A stretch of 63,833 bases of DNA, filler included, from 5 parts of 5 records of this genome joined end to end with filler, not necessarily neighbours in it; one strand, 5' to 3'; shown: positions 40,466-51,550, counted from the first letter of the whole stretch. Made by a program: numbers and translations. The notes: generated from the sequence alone by a model not told the origin.

Positions 40466-41712
40466 GTACCAGATTGAGTAATTTCATTTGTAATTCCAAG
40501 CTCGCTACCTTCATAAACTTCAATAACACGCTTGTATAGCGGTAATGTTTCTGGAGTAATAGAAACCGTTGCACCTTTCTTAGGAATGTATAAAGGACCA
40601 AAAAAATCGTTATTCCAAGGGTAATTTTGATTGTTTGGAAAAATCCCTCGATCCCACTCACCTTTTCCGCTGTGAATACGCGTAATTTCAACCACATTTG
40701 GGTTGTTTTTAAGCATATTTAATGATTCATCTGAAATCGCTGAAAATCTATAAGAACTCGACTTTGAATCATAACCATATCTATCAGTAATATCATAACG
40801 GTTATAAAGCATATCAGGATTTAAAGCTCCATTCACTTTCACATCATACGAAAATTGAACTCTAGCTCTTTCTGGCAATTCGTTCTTTTTTCCATTTATA
40901 AAAACATAACCATCACGCACTTCCAAAGAATCACCTGGCAAGGCTACGCAACGTTTTACGTAGTTAGATTTTTTATCGATTGGTTTGTAGTAATATTTTC
41001 CATCTCCATATTGCTGAAAAGCGTTCACCGTATCCACTGGCCAGTTAAAAACTACAATATCATTTTGCTTTATATCTTGAAAACCAGGTATTCTAAAATA
41101 TGGAATTTGAGGTTTAGAAAGATATGACTTTGCTTTTACCACAGGAATTGTATCATGCACCATCGGGAAAGCAACCGGCGTCATTGGTGTTCGTGCACCG
41201 TAATGAAATTTGCTTACAAAAAGAAAATCGCCCACCAATAAGGTTTTTTCCAATGAAGAAGTTGGAATCGTAAATGGCTGCATAACGTAGGTATGCACAA
41301 TGGTTGCTGCAACAACAGCAAAAAGAATAGAGCTTACCCACTCCCCTGTTGAAGTACGTGGTTTTAGGCTTCTATCTTTTATATGTGTAACGTTTTGGGT
41401 GTAGTTAATGTAATAGATATAAAGTCCAAGTGTTACAATTCCGAGGATGGTATCTGTCGTTGAGTTTCGACCAAAACTCCGTAGGGTTTCCACCCAAATA
41501 ACGGGAAACATAATAAGGTTTACAATTGGTATGAAGAGTAAGATAGTCCACCATCCTGGGCGGTTAATTATCTTCATTAAAACAATGGAATTATAAACTG
41601 GCACCGCAGCTTCCCAAGTTTTTCTACCAGCAATTTGGTATAACTTCCATGTTCCTGCAAAATGGATTACCTGAACTATCAAAAAAAATATTAACCAACC
41701 TGTCCAACTCAT
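40466..41712 (-). CDS. lepB: Signal peptidase I (3' truncated)
   Basis: FTIPTSSLEKTLLVGDFLFVSK and NYVKRCV. Confidence 0.93.
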
Positions 41713-41776
41713 GTCCTTAATTTTCTATCGTTATTTTATATTTTTTTATTGAAGGGAAACCTTCAATTCTTATTTT

Positions 41777-42481
41777 TTAATCTTCGATTCCTAAAACATC
41801 TTTCATTGTAAACACACCTTTTTTGTTCTGTAACCAGTCTGCGGCCAAAATCGCGCCTTTTGCAAAACCTTCGCGCGAATGTGCTTCGTGTGTAAAGGAA
41901 ATAGTATCTATCACAGAATTGTATGAAACTGTATGCGTTCCTTTTACATCTTCTTCTCTTTTTGCGATGATGTTTAAACTATTTTCTTCGGAAGTGTTTA
42001 GTTTCCAGTCTTTTTTATCATTGTGTTTTAAAATGCCTTCTGCAATGGTAATTGCAGTACCACTTGGCGCATCTTTCTTTTCAAGATGATGTATTTCTTC
42101 AACCGAAACATCAAACTCTTTCCAAGGCTTCATCAACTTTGCAGCGTATTCATTTATGCTAAAAAACAAATTTACTCCAACACTGAAATTGGACGCATAG
42201 ATAAAACTTCCGTTACGCTTTTCACATAAGTTTAGCATTTCATCAAAATTTTCCAACCAGCCAGTTGTCCCGCAAACTATGGGGATTCCAGCATTTAATG
42301 CTTTTGAAATATTTTCAACTGCCACTTCAGGAGAAGAAAATTCTATTGCTACATCGGCATCAGTTAGATTTCCTTCGGCTCCATTACTTGTACTTTTATA
42401 TACTACAGCATGACCACTTTCTAGCGCCAGCATTTCAATGGTTTTACCCATTTTTCCGTAACCAAGTAAGGCTATTTTCAT
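41777..42481 (-). CDS. dapB: 4-hydroxy-tetrahydrodipicolinate reductase
   Basis: GYGKMG, GTTGW, EIHHLEKKDAPSGTA. Confidence 0.96.
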   Translation of the reverse strand: MKIALLGYGKMGKTIEMLALESGHAVVYKSTSNGAEGNLTDADVAIEFSSPEVAVENISKALNAGIPIVCGTTGWLENFDEMLNLCEKRNGSFIYASNFSVGVNLFFSINEYAAKLMKPWKEFDVSVEEIHHLEKKDAPSGTAITIAEGILKHNDKKDWKLNTSEENSLNIIAKREEDVKGTHTVSYNSVIDTISFTHEAHSREGFAKGAILAADWLQNKKGVFTMKDVLGIED

Positions 42482-42488
42482 TTTAAAA

Positions 42489-43070
42489 TTATTTGAAACG
42501 ATACGTTAGCGACATACCGTATTGTGGTTTCGCATTGAATTGATTATAATCGAAATTTGGTTGAAGTGAAAGGTCGTCACTAACTTCATACTGCTGTAAA
42601 TGTGCGTCTACATTGGCATCAACAACATTCAAAAGATAAAAAGCTATTGTAACAATTATACTTACATCTTTATTTCTCTGAGCAGACTTCTGAGCATTTA
42701 TCAACCGATCATCAGAAATTCCTTGAAATTCATCATCAGTATAGCCAGCAAGTCTTCTTTTGTAAGCATTTCTAAAACGGTCATATTCATCATCTTGTTG
42801 TTTATAAAAATAAACACCAGCAGCCATTCCTGCATAAATTATAGGGATTTTCCAGTATTTTTTATTGTATGCTTGCCCCAAACCAGGAACCACTGCAGAA
42901 TAAAATGCAGCACGTGCGGGCGCCAACGGATTGTATTCCACTTTTGGTTTTAAGGAATCGTTCACCACAATAACTTTTACGTCTTTTTTTACTGTAAGCG
43001 AATCGGTTGTTTGCGCAAACAGAGGTGTGGCAAAAATTAATAGAAAGATATATATGAAATTATTTTTCAC
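42489..43070 (-). CDS. DUF5683-like membrane protein
   Basis: SAVVPGLGQAYNKKYWK and VDANVDAHL. Confidence 0.75.
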   Translation of the reverse strand: MKNNFIYIFLLIFATPLFAQTTDSLTVKKDVKVIVVNDSLKPKVEYNPLAPARAAFYSAVVPGLGQAYNKKYWKIPIIYAGMAAGVYFYKQQDDEYDRFRNAYKRRLAGYTDDEFQGISDDRLINAQKSAQRNKDVSIIVTIAFYLLNVVDANVDAHLQQYEVSDDLSLQPNFDYNQFNAKPQYGMSLTYRFK

Positions 43071-43959
43071 TCTTAATTAGCTTCAAAATACGTTCGAAGT
43101 CTTCTTTATTTTTAAAAGGAACCACTAATTGTCCTTTTCCAGATTTTGAAACTTTTACTTCTACGGAAGATTCAAAAAGATCCGTTAATTCTTTTGTTGC
43201 TTTTTTTGCAAAAGGAGGTGTTTCACTTTTTTTAGGAGCAGCTTTTTGGTCTGGATTTTTAAAACTTCTCACTAAAGCTTCAGTATCACGTACAGAAAGG
43301 TTTTGGCTTAAAATCTTTTCATAAATATCCAATTGGTCGCTTAAATCGTCAATATTAATTAAGGCACGACCGTGGCCCATACTAATAAAACCGTCACGCA
43401 TTCCTGTTTGGATAATTGGATCCAGTTTTAATAAACGTAGGTAATTAGCAATTGTAGAACGATTTTTCCCTACTCTATCGCTTAATTCTTCTTGAGTTAC
43501 GTTTATTTCTTCTATTAATCGTTGATAGGAAAGTGCAATTTCAATAGGATCTAAATCTTGTCTTTGGATGTTTTCAACCAAAGCCATTTCAAGTGATTCC
43601 TGATCATTTGCTATACGAATGTATGCAGGTATTGTTTCAAGACCCACCAATTTTGAAGCACGAAAACGACGTTCTCCACTTACCAATTGGTATTTTCCAA
43701 AATCAAGCTTACGTACCGTTATTGGCTGGATTACACCAAGTTCTTTTATGGATGAAGCCAACTCGCGAAGCGAATCTTCATTAAAACTGGTACGTGGTTG
43801 AAAAGGGTTTACTTCAATGCTTCCCAATTCCAGCTCCACAATACTACCAACTACTTTGTCGGCATTTTTGTCTGCAACAGATTTTATATCATTTGAAGGG
43901 TCTTTCAACAGTGCTGAAAGTCCTCGTCCCAAGGCTTGTTTTTTGGTCGCTTTCGCCAT
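43060..43959 (-). CDS. parB: Chromosome partitioning protein ParB
   Basis: LGRGLSALL, NPFQPR, GERRFRA, ENIQRQDL, HTH. Confidence 0.95.
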   Translation of the reverse strand: MAKATKKQALGRGLSALLKDPSNDIKSVADKNADKVVGSIVELELGSIEVNPFQPRTSFNEDSLRELASSIKELGVIQPITVRKLDFGKYQLVSGERRFRASKLVGLETIPAYIRIANDQESLEMALVENIQRQDLDPIEIALSYQRLIEEINVTQEELSDRVGKNRSTIANYLRLLKLDPIIQTGMRDGFISMGHGRALINIDDLSDQLDIYEKILSQNLSVRDTEALVRSFKNPDQKAAPKKSETPPFAKKATKELTDLFESSVEVKVSKSGKGQLVVPFKNKEDFERILKLIKSEK

Positions 43960-44730
43960 TTATTTCTTTTCGTTTTTCTGAATTAATTCATGCGCCAAAC
44001 TTAAATAATTATCGGCTCCTTTGCTAGCAGCATCATAACTGATAATGCTTTCACCATAGCTAGGCGCTTCACTTAAACGCACATTGCGCTGAATGATTGT
44101 TTCAAAAACCATTTCATCAAAATGCTTTTTTACTTCATCAACCACTTGGTTTGAAAGGCGTAACCGTTGGTCGTACATTGTTAACAAAAGTCCTTCAATA
44201 TCTAAGTTTTCGTTATGTATTTTCTGAACACTTTTAATGGTGTTCAATAATTTTCCAAGGCCTTCTAAAGCAAAGTATTCACATTGTATCGGGATAATTA
44301 CAGAATCTGCTGCTGTTAATGCGTTAAGGGTTAATAAACCTAGTGATGGCGCACAGTCTATAAGAATGTAATCGTAGTCATTTTTAAGGTTTTCAATCGC
44401 TTTTTTAAGCATATACTCCCGGTTCTCCATATCTACCAATTCAATTTCAATAGCCACAAGGTCTATGTGGGATGGAATTAAATCTAGGTTTGGAGAATTT
44501 GTGGACACGATAGCATCCTTTGCAGTTGCGCTGTGCTCAAGTAATTGATAGGTACCAACCTCTACACTTTCTACATCTATGCCTAGGCCAGATGTAGCAT
44601 TAGCTTGAGGGTCTGCATCTATGAGTAAAACCTTCTTTTCCAGCACACCAAGTGATGCAGCCAGATTAACTGAGGTCGTGGTCTTGCCTACGCCTCCTTT
44701 TTGATTTGCAATTGCAATAATTTTACCCAT
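43960..44730 (-). CDS. parA: Chromosome partitioning ATPase ParA/Soj
   Basis: NQKGGVGKTT, DPQANAT, IDCAPSLG. Confidence 0.95.
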   Translation of the reverse strand: MGKIIAIANQKGGVGKTTTSVNLAASLGVLEKKVLLIDADPQANATSGLGIDVESVEVGTYQLLEHSATAKDAIVSTNSPNLDLIPSHIDLVAIEIELVDMENREYMLKKAIENLKNDYDYILIDCAPSLGLLTLNALTAADSVIIPIQCEYFALEGLGKLLNTIKSVQKIHNENLDIEGLLLTMYDQRLRLSNQVVDEVKKHFDEMVFETIIQRNVRLSEAPSYGESIISYDAASKGADNYLSLAHELIQKNEKK

Positions 44731-44915
44731 TAATTTACTTGGAATTTTAGCAGTTAAAAGTACGATTAATTATGTGGATAGAAAATGATTTTTGTTAACA
44801 ACAAGTCAATAGTTTCCCTTCAAAGAGATTCCAATTTTTAAAATTCAAAATTCAAAGACATTAACACTCGTTATTTAAAAGAATTTCAAAAATTGCTTTT
44901 TTTTATTTTTGGAAG

Positions 44916-45797
44916 TTATTTAGATTTTTTTTCACGAATCATCGCCTCCAGCATATCCCACATTTGTTGGGGAACTTCCTCTAAAAGATTCATTTGCCCA
45001 GCTCCTTTTAGCCATTCGCCACCGTCTATAACAACTACTTCACCGTTAATATACGATGAAAAATCAGAAACTAAATACGCAGCCAAATTTGCTAATTCTT
45101 GATGTTCTCCAACACGTTTAACAGGAACCTTTTTGGCTGGATTAAATTTTTCTTTCAACTCGCCTGGCAACAATCTATCCCATGCGCCTTTTGTTGGAAA
45201 TGGTCCTGGTGCAATGGCATTAAAACGCATTCCGTACTTAGCCCATTCTACAGCCAAAGAACGCGTCATTGCTAATACACCAGCTTTCGCTGTAGCACTT
45301 GGAACTACATAAGCCGAACCTGTAAATGCATATGTGGTTACTATATTTAGCACCGTTTTATTAGTTTCTTTTTTATCTATCCAATGTTTTCCAAAGGCAA
45401 GTGTGCAGTTTTTTGTTCCTTTTAAAACAATATCTATTATGGTGTCAAAAGCATTTGCAGAAAGCCTTTCAGTTGGTGAAATAAAATTCCCCGCAGCGTT
45501 ATTAAGCAATACATCTACACTTCCAAATTCAGCTACAGAAGCATTTACCATTGCTTCTACTTCTTCATAGTTTCGAACATCACATTGAACAGGAAGCACC
45601 TTCCCGCCAGTTGCACTTTCAAGTTCTTCTTTTACAGTTTGTAATTTTTCAATATTTCTTGAAGTAATTACCACATTTGCACCTAGTTCTAAAAAATAGG
45701 TTGTCATTGCTTTACCGAGGCCGCTTCCTCCGCCAGTTACAACTATTGTTTTTCCTTTTAGCGCATCATCGCGGAGCATTTTTGAAGTGTAATTCAT
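44916..45797 (-). CDS. SDR oxidoreductase (2,4-dienoyl-CoA reductase-like)
   Basis: TGGGSGLG, NNAAGNF, SATAKAGV, AVEWA. Confidence 0.88.
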   Translation of the reverse strand: MNYTSKMLRDDALKGKTIVVTGGGSGLGKAMTTYFLELGANVVITSRNIEKLQTVKEELESATGGKVLPVQCDVRNYEEVEAMVNASVAEFGSVDVLLNNAAGNFISPTERLSANAFDTIIDIVLKGTKNCTLAFGKHWIDKKETNKTVLNIVTTYAFTGSAYVVPSATAKAGVLAMTRSLAVEWAKYGMRFNAIAPGPFPTKGAWDRLLPGELKEKFNPAKKVPVKRVGEHQELANLAAYLVSDFSSYINGEVVVIDGGEWLKGAGQMNLLEEVPQQMWDMLEAMIREKKSK

Positions 45798-45865
45798 GGT
45801 TTTAATTTGAAATGTAAAAATACATATAATTAAACAAAATAATAATTGAATTAATAAACCTAATA

Positions 45866-46555
45866 CTATTCATTCTGCCACAATAATTTCTGTGCAGTTC
45901 CGTGATCGCCCAATTGATAAACACTTACAGATGTGGCAGGAAATTTTATTGGCTTAAATACTGTGGTCGCCAAACTGTCTAACAAAACTTTTTGAGCAAC
46001 ACCCAAACTAATATGTGGATCAAAATTAGTATAACTATACTTACTTACAAATTCAGGAACGTAGGCCACTGTAAAGCTTGATATCTGACTACCATCTGGG
46101 TTTTGCACAAAAGATTCTTCATTGCCATTTAGCACAAAAAAAGGTTTTACCAAATCAATTGTTTTTTTGTGTAAATCCAGAAGTTTTTGGCTTTTTTCAA
46201 TAGAAATCATTGCGAAGCTTTCTTCGGTATCTTTTGAATAAGACAACGTTTCGGCAGATAATGAATCATTTTTAATAGCTTCAAAAAGTCCTTTTAAAGC
46301 CCTATTCACTTTTGGTAAATTATTTTCATAAATAAAACATTGAAGAAGTGTAATGTGTGGAATATGATTTTCATCAAGCTTAATTGTTTCTGGATTGTTA
46401 TTAAATATTGCTGCATTAAGCTGAATTGCCTGCTCATACATTTCTTCTGAAGGAGTAAGAAGTACATCAATCGCAATTATTTTTTCTTTCTTCGAGGAAC
46501 AAGCGAACATCATTAAACTAAGTATTATAAAGTAAAAGTTGCTTTTAATATTCAT
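45866..46555 (-). CDS. 2H phosphoesterase-family lipoprotein
   Basis: Lipobox MFAC; paired HxT/HxS motifs PHITL and PHISL. Confidence 0.7.
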   Translation of the reverse strand: MNIKSNFYFIILSLMMFACSSKKEKIIAIDVLLTPSEEMYEQAIQLNAAIFNNNPETIKLDENHIPHITLLQCFIYENNLPKVNRALKGLFEAIKNDSLSAETLSYSKDTEESFAMISIEKSQKLLDLHKKTIDLVKPFFVLNGNEESFVQNPDGSQISSFTVAYVPEFVSKYSYTNFDPHISLGVAQKVLLDSLATTVFKPIKFPATSVSVYQLGDHGTAQKLLWQNE

Positions 46556-46573
46556 ACGTGTAAAAATTATTAT

Positions 46574-47950
46574 TTAAAATTTCATAAACCATTTCATCAA
46601 CTTCAATCTAAACGAAGTGTGTGGATAATAACGAATGGAAGGATCCAACCATGTAGGTTTATCCATCACGCTTTTGTAATGCGTAAAAGCCTTAAAACCA
46701 GCTTCACCATGGTAATTACCAATACCACTAGCTCCAACACCACCAAAAGGTAAATTAGTATTGGTTATATGCATTACGGAATCATTTATTGCACCACCAC
46801 CAAAAGAGATTTCTCTTAACACCTTCTTTTTTGTTGAGTTGTTTTTTGTAAATAAATAACACGATAAAGGTTTGGGTAAACGAACCACTTTTGCAATTGC
46901 CTCGTCGAGTGTTTCATATGCAATAACAGGAAGAATTGGACCAAAAATTTCTTCTTTCATGACTGCATCATGCATGGTTACATTTTGCAAAATTGTGGGT
47001 TGAATGTATCGGGTTTTGGAGTTTGTTTCTCCGCCAAAATATATTTTTTCAGGGAGAAGCATTGCTATAAGTCGTTCAAAATTGTCATTATTTATTATCT
47101 GAAGATAATTATCATTTTCAAAAGCGAAGCGCTGACTTATTATTTCCTGTTTAGTTTGTTCAAGAAACTGCTGCTCGATGTTTTTATGGACCAAAACATA
47201 ATCTGGCGCAATACACGTTTGACCTGCATTAAGAAATTTTCCCCAAACCAAACGTTTTACAGTAACTTTCAAATTGCAATTTTCGGTAACAATTGCTGGG
47301 CTTTTTCCACCTAATTCTAGAGTAACGGGTGTAAGGTTTTCGGCGGCGGCTTTATAAACTATCTTCCCAACTTTTGTGCTTCCTGTGAAAAATATTTTAT
47401 CGAATTTTTGTTTTAGTAATTCTTGAGTTTCTGCCACGCCACCTTCTACAACGGTAAAAAATGCAGGATCAAAATTTTCTTTTACAATTTTCGCCATCGC
47501 TGTTACGGTATGTTTTGGCAATTCGCTAGGCTTTAAAACAACAGTATTTCCTGCTGCTATTGCAGCGATTATTGGTGCAAAAGAAAGCTGGTATGGATAA
47601 TTCCAAGCTCCTATTACCAACCAAACCCCCAAAGGTTCTGGAATAATATAACTTGAAGCTGGAAAATTTAGAATACCTGTAGCAACTTTTTGTTTACGCC
47701 CCCATTTAAAAATCATTTTACGAGCCTCCTTAATATCTTTATAAAGTAACGAAAGCTCTGTGGTATACGTGTCAAAACTAGACTTTTTGAAGTCTTTGTA
47801 TATAGCATCGTGAAGTAACTGCTCATTTTGCTGTAGCGCGGTATGGAGCGTTTTTAATTGTTTTCTTCTAAATTGAATATCCTTTGTAGCGTGTGAGTTA
47901 AAAAAATTACGCTGCGCTGTGATGATTTGGTCCATAGAATCAATTTTCAT
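46574..47950 (-). CDS. Aldehyde dehydrogenase (ALDH3-like)
   Basis: WNYP, FTGS, LELGGKSP, GQTCIAPDY, EEIFGP. Confidence 0.93.
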   Translation of the reverse strand: MKIDSMDQIITAQRNFFNSHATKDIQFRRKQLKTLHTALQQNEQLLHDAIYKDFKKSSFDTYTTELSLLYKDIKEARKMIFKWGRKQKVATGILNFPASSYIIPEPLGVWLVIGAWNYPYQLSFAPIIAAIAAGNTVVLKPSELPKHTVTAMAKIVKENFDPAFFTVVEGGVAETQELLKQKFDKIFFTGSTKVGKIVYKAAAENLTPVTLELGGKSPAIVTENCNLKVTVKRLVWGKFLNAGQTCIAPDYVLVHKNIEQQFLEQTKQEIISQRFAFENDNYLQIINNDNFERLIAMLLPEKIYFGGETNSKTRYIQPTILQNVTMHDAVMKEEIFGPILPVIAYETLDEAIAKVVRLPKPLSCYLFTKNNSTKKKVLREISFGGGAINDSVMHITNTNLPFGGVGASGIGNYHGEAGFKAFTHYKSVMDKPTWLDPSIRYYPHTSFRLKLMKWFMKF

Positions 47951-48002
47951 TAAAAATAGGTTGAATGAAATTGATTGATGTTAAAAAAAGGAGAAAAAAA
48001 TA

Positions 48003-48767
48003 TTACTTATCTCTATTCAAAATCTTGTATTCTTCATAACAACCGCTAATGGCATCAAGAATTTGCAAATCGTTTGCAGTTCGAATAAAATCTTTTGAAT
48101 AGCTGCACTTATTTAATATTTCATCAATATCTACACGCTCCAGTTGAAGCACCGCCATTAGTGTTTCACGATCGTATTTACTTTGAAGTAAGTTTCGTAT
48201 TTCGTCATCTTCCTTCATTTTACGAAGTTTTTTCATCTGCCTCGGTCGTTTTCCAAAAACATGATATAAAAAATCTGCTGGGTTAAAAATAGAACTTAGC
48301 ACCTTACTTACAGCTCCAGGTTGATTGCTTCCACCTTCATAACCTGTACTCAAACCTGAAATTCTGTAACGGTAATTATCATAAATAGGAATCAATTTTG
48401 CGTCAATTTCAACATAACCTGTTAACTCCACAGGTTTAATGACCACTTCTTCCAAAGCAATGCCTAGTTCGGTCATTTTCACCTTTATATCTCCAAACCG
48501 AAGCCAGTCATTCGTTACACGAACTCGCAAAGATTTAAACCCTAAATATGAAAAAAACAGGGTGTCATTAACCGCTGCACTTAATGCAAACTCCCCTTTT
48601 TCATTAGTGGTTGTTCCTATTACTTGGTTAAGATTAACAATGTTTACATTCTCTAGTAATTTATCATCCGCGTCATTCATAACGATTCCCTTGATTATAT
48701 TTTGATCTTGGGCAAAGGAATTTAACGCAACTAAAAGAAAGGCAATAAGTAGGATACTATTTTTCAT
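48003..48767 (-). CDS. Carboxypeptidase regulatory-like domain secreted protein
   Basis: Signal peptide, GTTTNEKGEF, FSYLGFK, LEEVVI. Confidence 0.8.
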   Translation of the reverse strand: MKNSILLIAFLLVALNSFAQDQNIIKGIVMNDADDKLLENVNIVNLNQVIGTTTNEKGEFALSAAVNDTLFFSYLGFKSLRVRVTNDWLRFGDIKVKMTELGIALEEVVIKPVELTGYVEIDAKLIPIYDNYRYRISGLSTGYEGGSNQPGAVSKVLSSIFNPADFLYHVFGKRPRQMKKLRKMKEDDEIRNLLQSKYDRETLMAVLQLERVDIDEILNKCSYSKDFIRTANDLQILDAISGCYEEYKILNRDK

Positions 48768-48831
48768 ACAAGGTTTTAATATAAGGAAAAATTTCAGTGA
48801 AGTGAAATGTTCCTTGCATTTTCAATTTTAT

Positions 48832-49437
48832 TTAGGTTATCGTGTGTAGTTTAAGCATCAAATTCTCCTTTACACCACCAAACCACTCTTCTTTTAATAT
48901 ACTTAAAACTATACTGTCTCTTCTGCCATTTAATGCTGCGCAATTACTTCGTAATATACCTTCAACAGTACAACCAATACTTTTCATTGCTGCGATACTT
49001 CGTGCGTTTGTAGCATCTGCGCGAAACTCTACACGATTCAAACCTAGGGTTTCAAAAGCAAATTCTAACATCAATAACTTGCACTGTTTATTGAGTCCTG
49101 TCGCTTGAAATTTCTTGCCATACCAGGTATAACCAAGTTGAATAGTATTGTGCTGTTTCTGAAAATCATAAAAACGAGTACTACCAGCAATCTCCTGCGT
49201 ACGTTTATCAAACACAATAAAAGGATAAGAAGTTTCTTCTTTTCTACTCTGAAGCGCAAAGGCTACATAAGTTTTTAGATTCGCTAAACCATTTGCTGGT
49301 TGCAGTGAATATTTCCAAAGTTCAGGTTCTTGCTCTGAAAAATGAAGTAATTTATCAATATCTTGATATTGCAACGGACTGAGCCGAACGCAATCGTTTT
49401 CCAGTGTATATTCCTGCAGAAAATTGAAGGTTTGCAT
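48832..49437 (-). CDS. GNAT/RimJ-like N-acetyltransferase
   Basis: GSTRF, LGYTWY, N.RS..A...IG...EGILR. Confidence 0.88.
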   Translation of the reverse strand: MQTFNFLQEYTLENDCVRLSPLQYQDIDKLLHFSEQEPELWKYSLQPANGLANLKTYVAFALQSRKEETSYPFIVFDKRTQEIAGSTRFYDFQKQHNTIQLGYTWYGKKFQATGLNKQCKLLMLEFAFETLGLNRVEFRADATNARSIAAMKSIGCTVEGILRSNCAALNGRRDSIVLSILKEEWFGGVKENLMLKLHTIT

Positions 49438-49443
49438 ATGCTT

Positions 49444-49477
49444 AAAAAAATACGGGCCTCTTTACTAAAGGCCCGTA
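49444..49477 (-). terminator. Intrinsic terminator after the DEAD-box helicase gene
   Basis: TACGGGCCT...AGGCCCGTA with an A-tract on its left. Confidence 0.7.
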
Positions 49478-49564
49478 AATATAATTATATAGACGTTAAA
49501 GTGATGCTAAAGTTTAAAAGGAGTATTCATTTTCTTTAAACAAAAGCACTTCTAACTAAAAAAG

Positions 49565-51409
49565 TTAATCCCTTCTTCTACGTCTTCCACCAGTTCCTTT
49601 TGTGTCTGGACGGTCGCTACTTCTTCGGCTTTTACCTTTAAAAGCGGGTTTGTCTCCACCAGTTGAACTACTGCTGCGTTTTTTAAAACCACCTTTTCGG
49701 TCACCGCGATCTCCGCGATCCCCACGATCTCCTTTAAAGCCTCCACGATCACTTCTATCACCTCTTCTTTTACCACGATCGCGTCCGCCGCCACCGCCGC
49801 CTCTACTTTTACGGCCAGTGTCTTTAGAAATTTCAATATTAATTTGTCTGCCGTCAAGCTTAAAATCTTTAAAAATGCCCATCACCAATTCTTGGTGGGT
49901 AGTATCTGTATTAAAGAATGAAAAACTATCTTTTACATCTACTTTGTAAACATCATCTTTTCCTAATTGAAGTAAATCACGAAGGAAATCTTTTAAACTC
50001 ATCCAATCGAAATCGTCCTTATTACCAATGTTCACAAAATAACGCGTACTATCTTTTGAATCTTCTTCTGAAAAATTACGTTCTCCAGAAACATTAAGGT
50101 CTTTACTATTTTTATAGTAATTTAAGAAGCGTGTAAATTCAACTGAAAATACTTTTTTAATAAGTTCCTCTTTTGTGAAACCTTCTAAAACTTCATTGAT
50201 ATTTGGAAGATACGCGTCAATTTCGTGGTTTATCGGTGTATCTTTTATATTATTTGCTAAGTGAAACATTTGTACTTCACAAATTTCCATTCCCGAAGGA
50301 ATTTCTTTTGCAACGAATTGCTTTTGAATAATTTTTTCAATGCTTCTTATCTTTCTAACTTCACTTTTAGAAACAATAACTATTGAAACCCCAGTTTTAC
50401 CAGCACGTCCTGTACGTCCGCTTCGGTGTGTGTAGGTTTCAATTTCGTCTGGTAATTGGTAATTTATAACGTGCGTAATATCGTCTACATCAATTCCACG
50501 AGCCGCAACATCTGTTGCAACTAGCATTTGTATTTGGCGTGCACGGAAAGATTTCATTACCAAATCTCGTTGGTTTTGACTTAAATCTCCGTGAATTGCC
50601 GCTGCATTATACCCATCTTCAATAAGTTGTTCGGCAACTTTCTGGGTATCACGTTTTGTTCTACAGAAAATTACTGAGAAAATATTTGGATTTGCATCTG
50701 CCAAACGCTTTAAGGCATTGTAACGATCGCGTGCGTTAACTAAATAATATTCATGCGTAACTTGGTCTGAACCCACGTTTTTTGTACCCACAGTAATTTC
50801 TACCGGTGTGTGCATAAACTTTTTAGCTATCGTAGAAACCTCTTTCGGCATTGTAGCGCTAAATAGCCACGTGCTCTTGTCTTTTGGAGAATGTGAAAGA
50901 ATTTCAGTGATATCTTCATAAAAGCCCATGTTAAGCATTTCATCGGCTTCATCTAAAACGCAATATTCAATTTTAGAAATATCTACCAACCCACGGCCAA
51001 TCATATCCTTCATTCGCCCAGGTGTAGCAACTATAATCTGCGAGCCTTTTTTAATTTGGCGCGCTTGATCTGTAATACTTGCACCACCATAAATAGCAGT
51101 AACATTAAGCCCTGGCATGTATTTACCGTAGCTTATCATTTCGTTTGTAATTTGAAGACAAAGTTCGCGCGTTGGAGAAAGAATAAGTCCTTGAGTTGTG
51201 CGACTGTTTACGTCTATTTTTTGCAACATTGGAAAACCAAATGCTGCGGTTTTTCCTGTTCCTGTCTGTGCTAAGGAAACCATATCGGTTTCACGCTCTA
51301 AAAGAATTGGAATTGCTTTTTCTTGTACTTCCGAAGGAGTTTCAAAACCCATATCGGCGATGGCTTTAAGAAGATTTTCTTCTAAGCCGAGTGCTTTAAA
51401 TGCTGTCAT
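49565..51409 (-). CDS. DEAD-box RNA helicase (DeaD/CsdA-like) with DbpA-type RNA-binding domain and RG-rich tail
   Basis: Q motif, AQTGTGKT, PTREL, DEAD, SAT, HRSGRTGRAG. Confidence 0.95.
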   Translation of the reverse strand: MTAFKALGLEENLLKAIADMGFETPSEVQEKAIPILLERETDMVSLAQTGTGKTAAFGFPMLQKIDVNSRTTQGLILSPTRELCLQITNEMISYGKYMPGLNVTAIYGGASITDQARQIKKGSQIIVATPGRMKDMIGRGLVDISKIEYCVLDEADEMLNMGFYEDITEILSHSPKDKSTWLFSATMPKEVSTIAKKFMHTPVEITVGTKNVGSDQVTHEYYLVNARDRYNALKRLADANPNIFSVIFCRTKRDTQKVAEQLIEDGYNAAAIHGDLSQNQRDLVMKSFRARQIQMLVATDVAARGIDVDDITHVINYQLPDEIETYTHRSGRTGRAGKTGVSIVIVSKSEVRKIRSIEKIIQKQFVAKEIPSGMEICEVQMFHLANNIKDTPINHEIDAYLPNINEVLEGFTKEELIKKVFSVEFTRFLNYYKNSKDLNVSGERNFSEEDSKDSTRYFVNIGNKDDFDWMSLKDFLRDLLQLGKDDVYKVDVKDSFSFFNTDTTHQELVMGIFKDFKLDGRQINIEISKDTGRKSRGGGGGGRDRGKRRGDRSDRGGFKGDRGDRGDRGDRKGGFKKRSSSSTGGDKPAFKGKSRRSSDRPDTKGTGGRRRRRD

Positions 51410-51550
51410 TTTATTTAATAAAGTTTTTATATGTGTGCTAATGGGAAGCTACTGGACATATAATAAACGGACAGCTTCACTATAACACTCCTCACCCTGA
51501 GGATTTTTCTTAAAAAAACCAAGTTATAAACTATGGCTTTTTCAAGGGCG

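Noticed and set aside
43060-44730. parAB as a plasmid or prophage partition system
   Set aside because: Embedded in the chromosomal parA-parB-DUF5683-dapB-lepB run; no parS palindrome or rep gene seen
44773-44801. DnaA-box-like TGTGGATAG and palindrome TTGTTAACAA upstream of parA
   Set aside because: A single mismatched box in a short spacer is too little to call oriC or DnaA regulation
49552-49949. Alternative-frame and antisense ORFs and 9-bp repeats at the helicase 3' end
   Set aside because: By-products of the low-complexity GDR/RG-rich tail of the helicase
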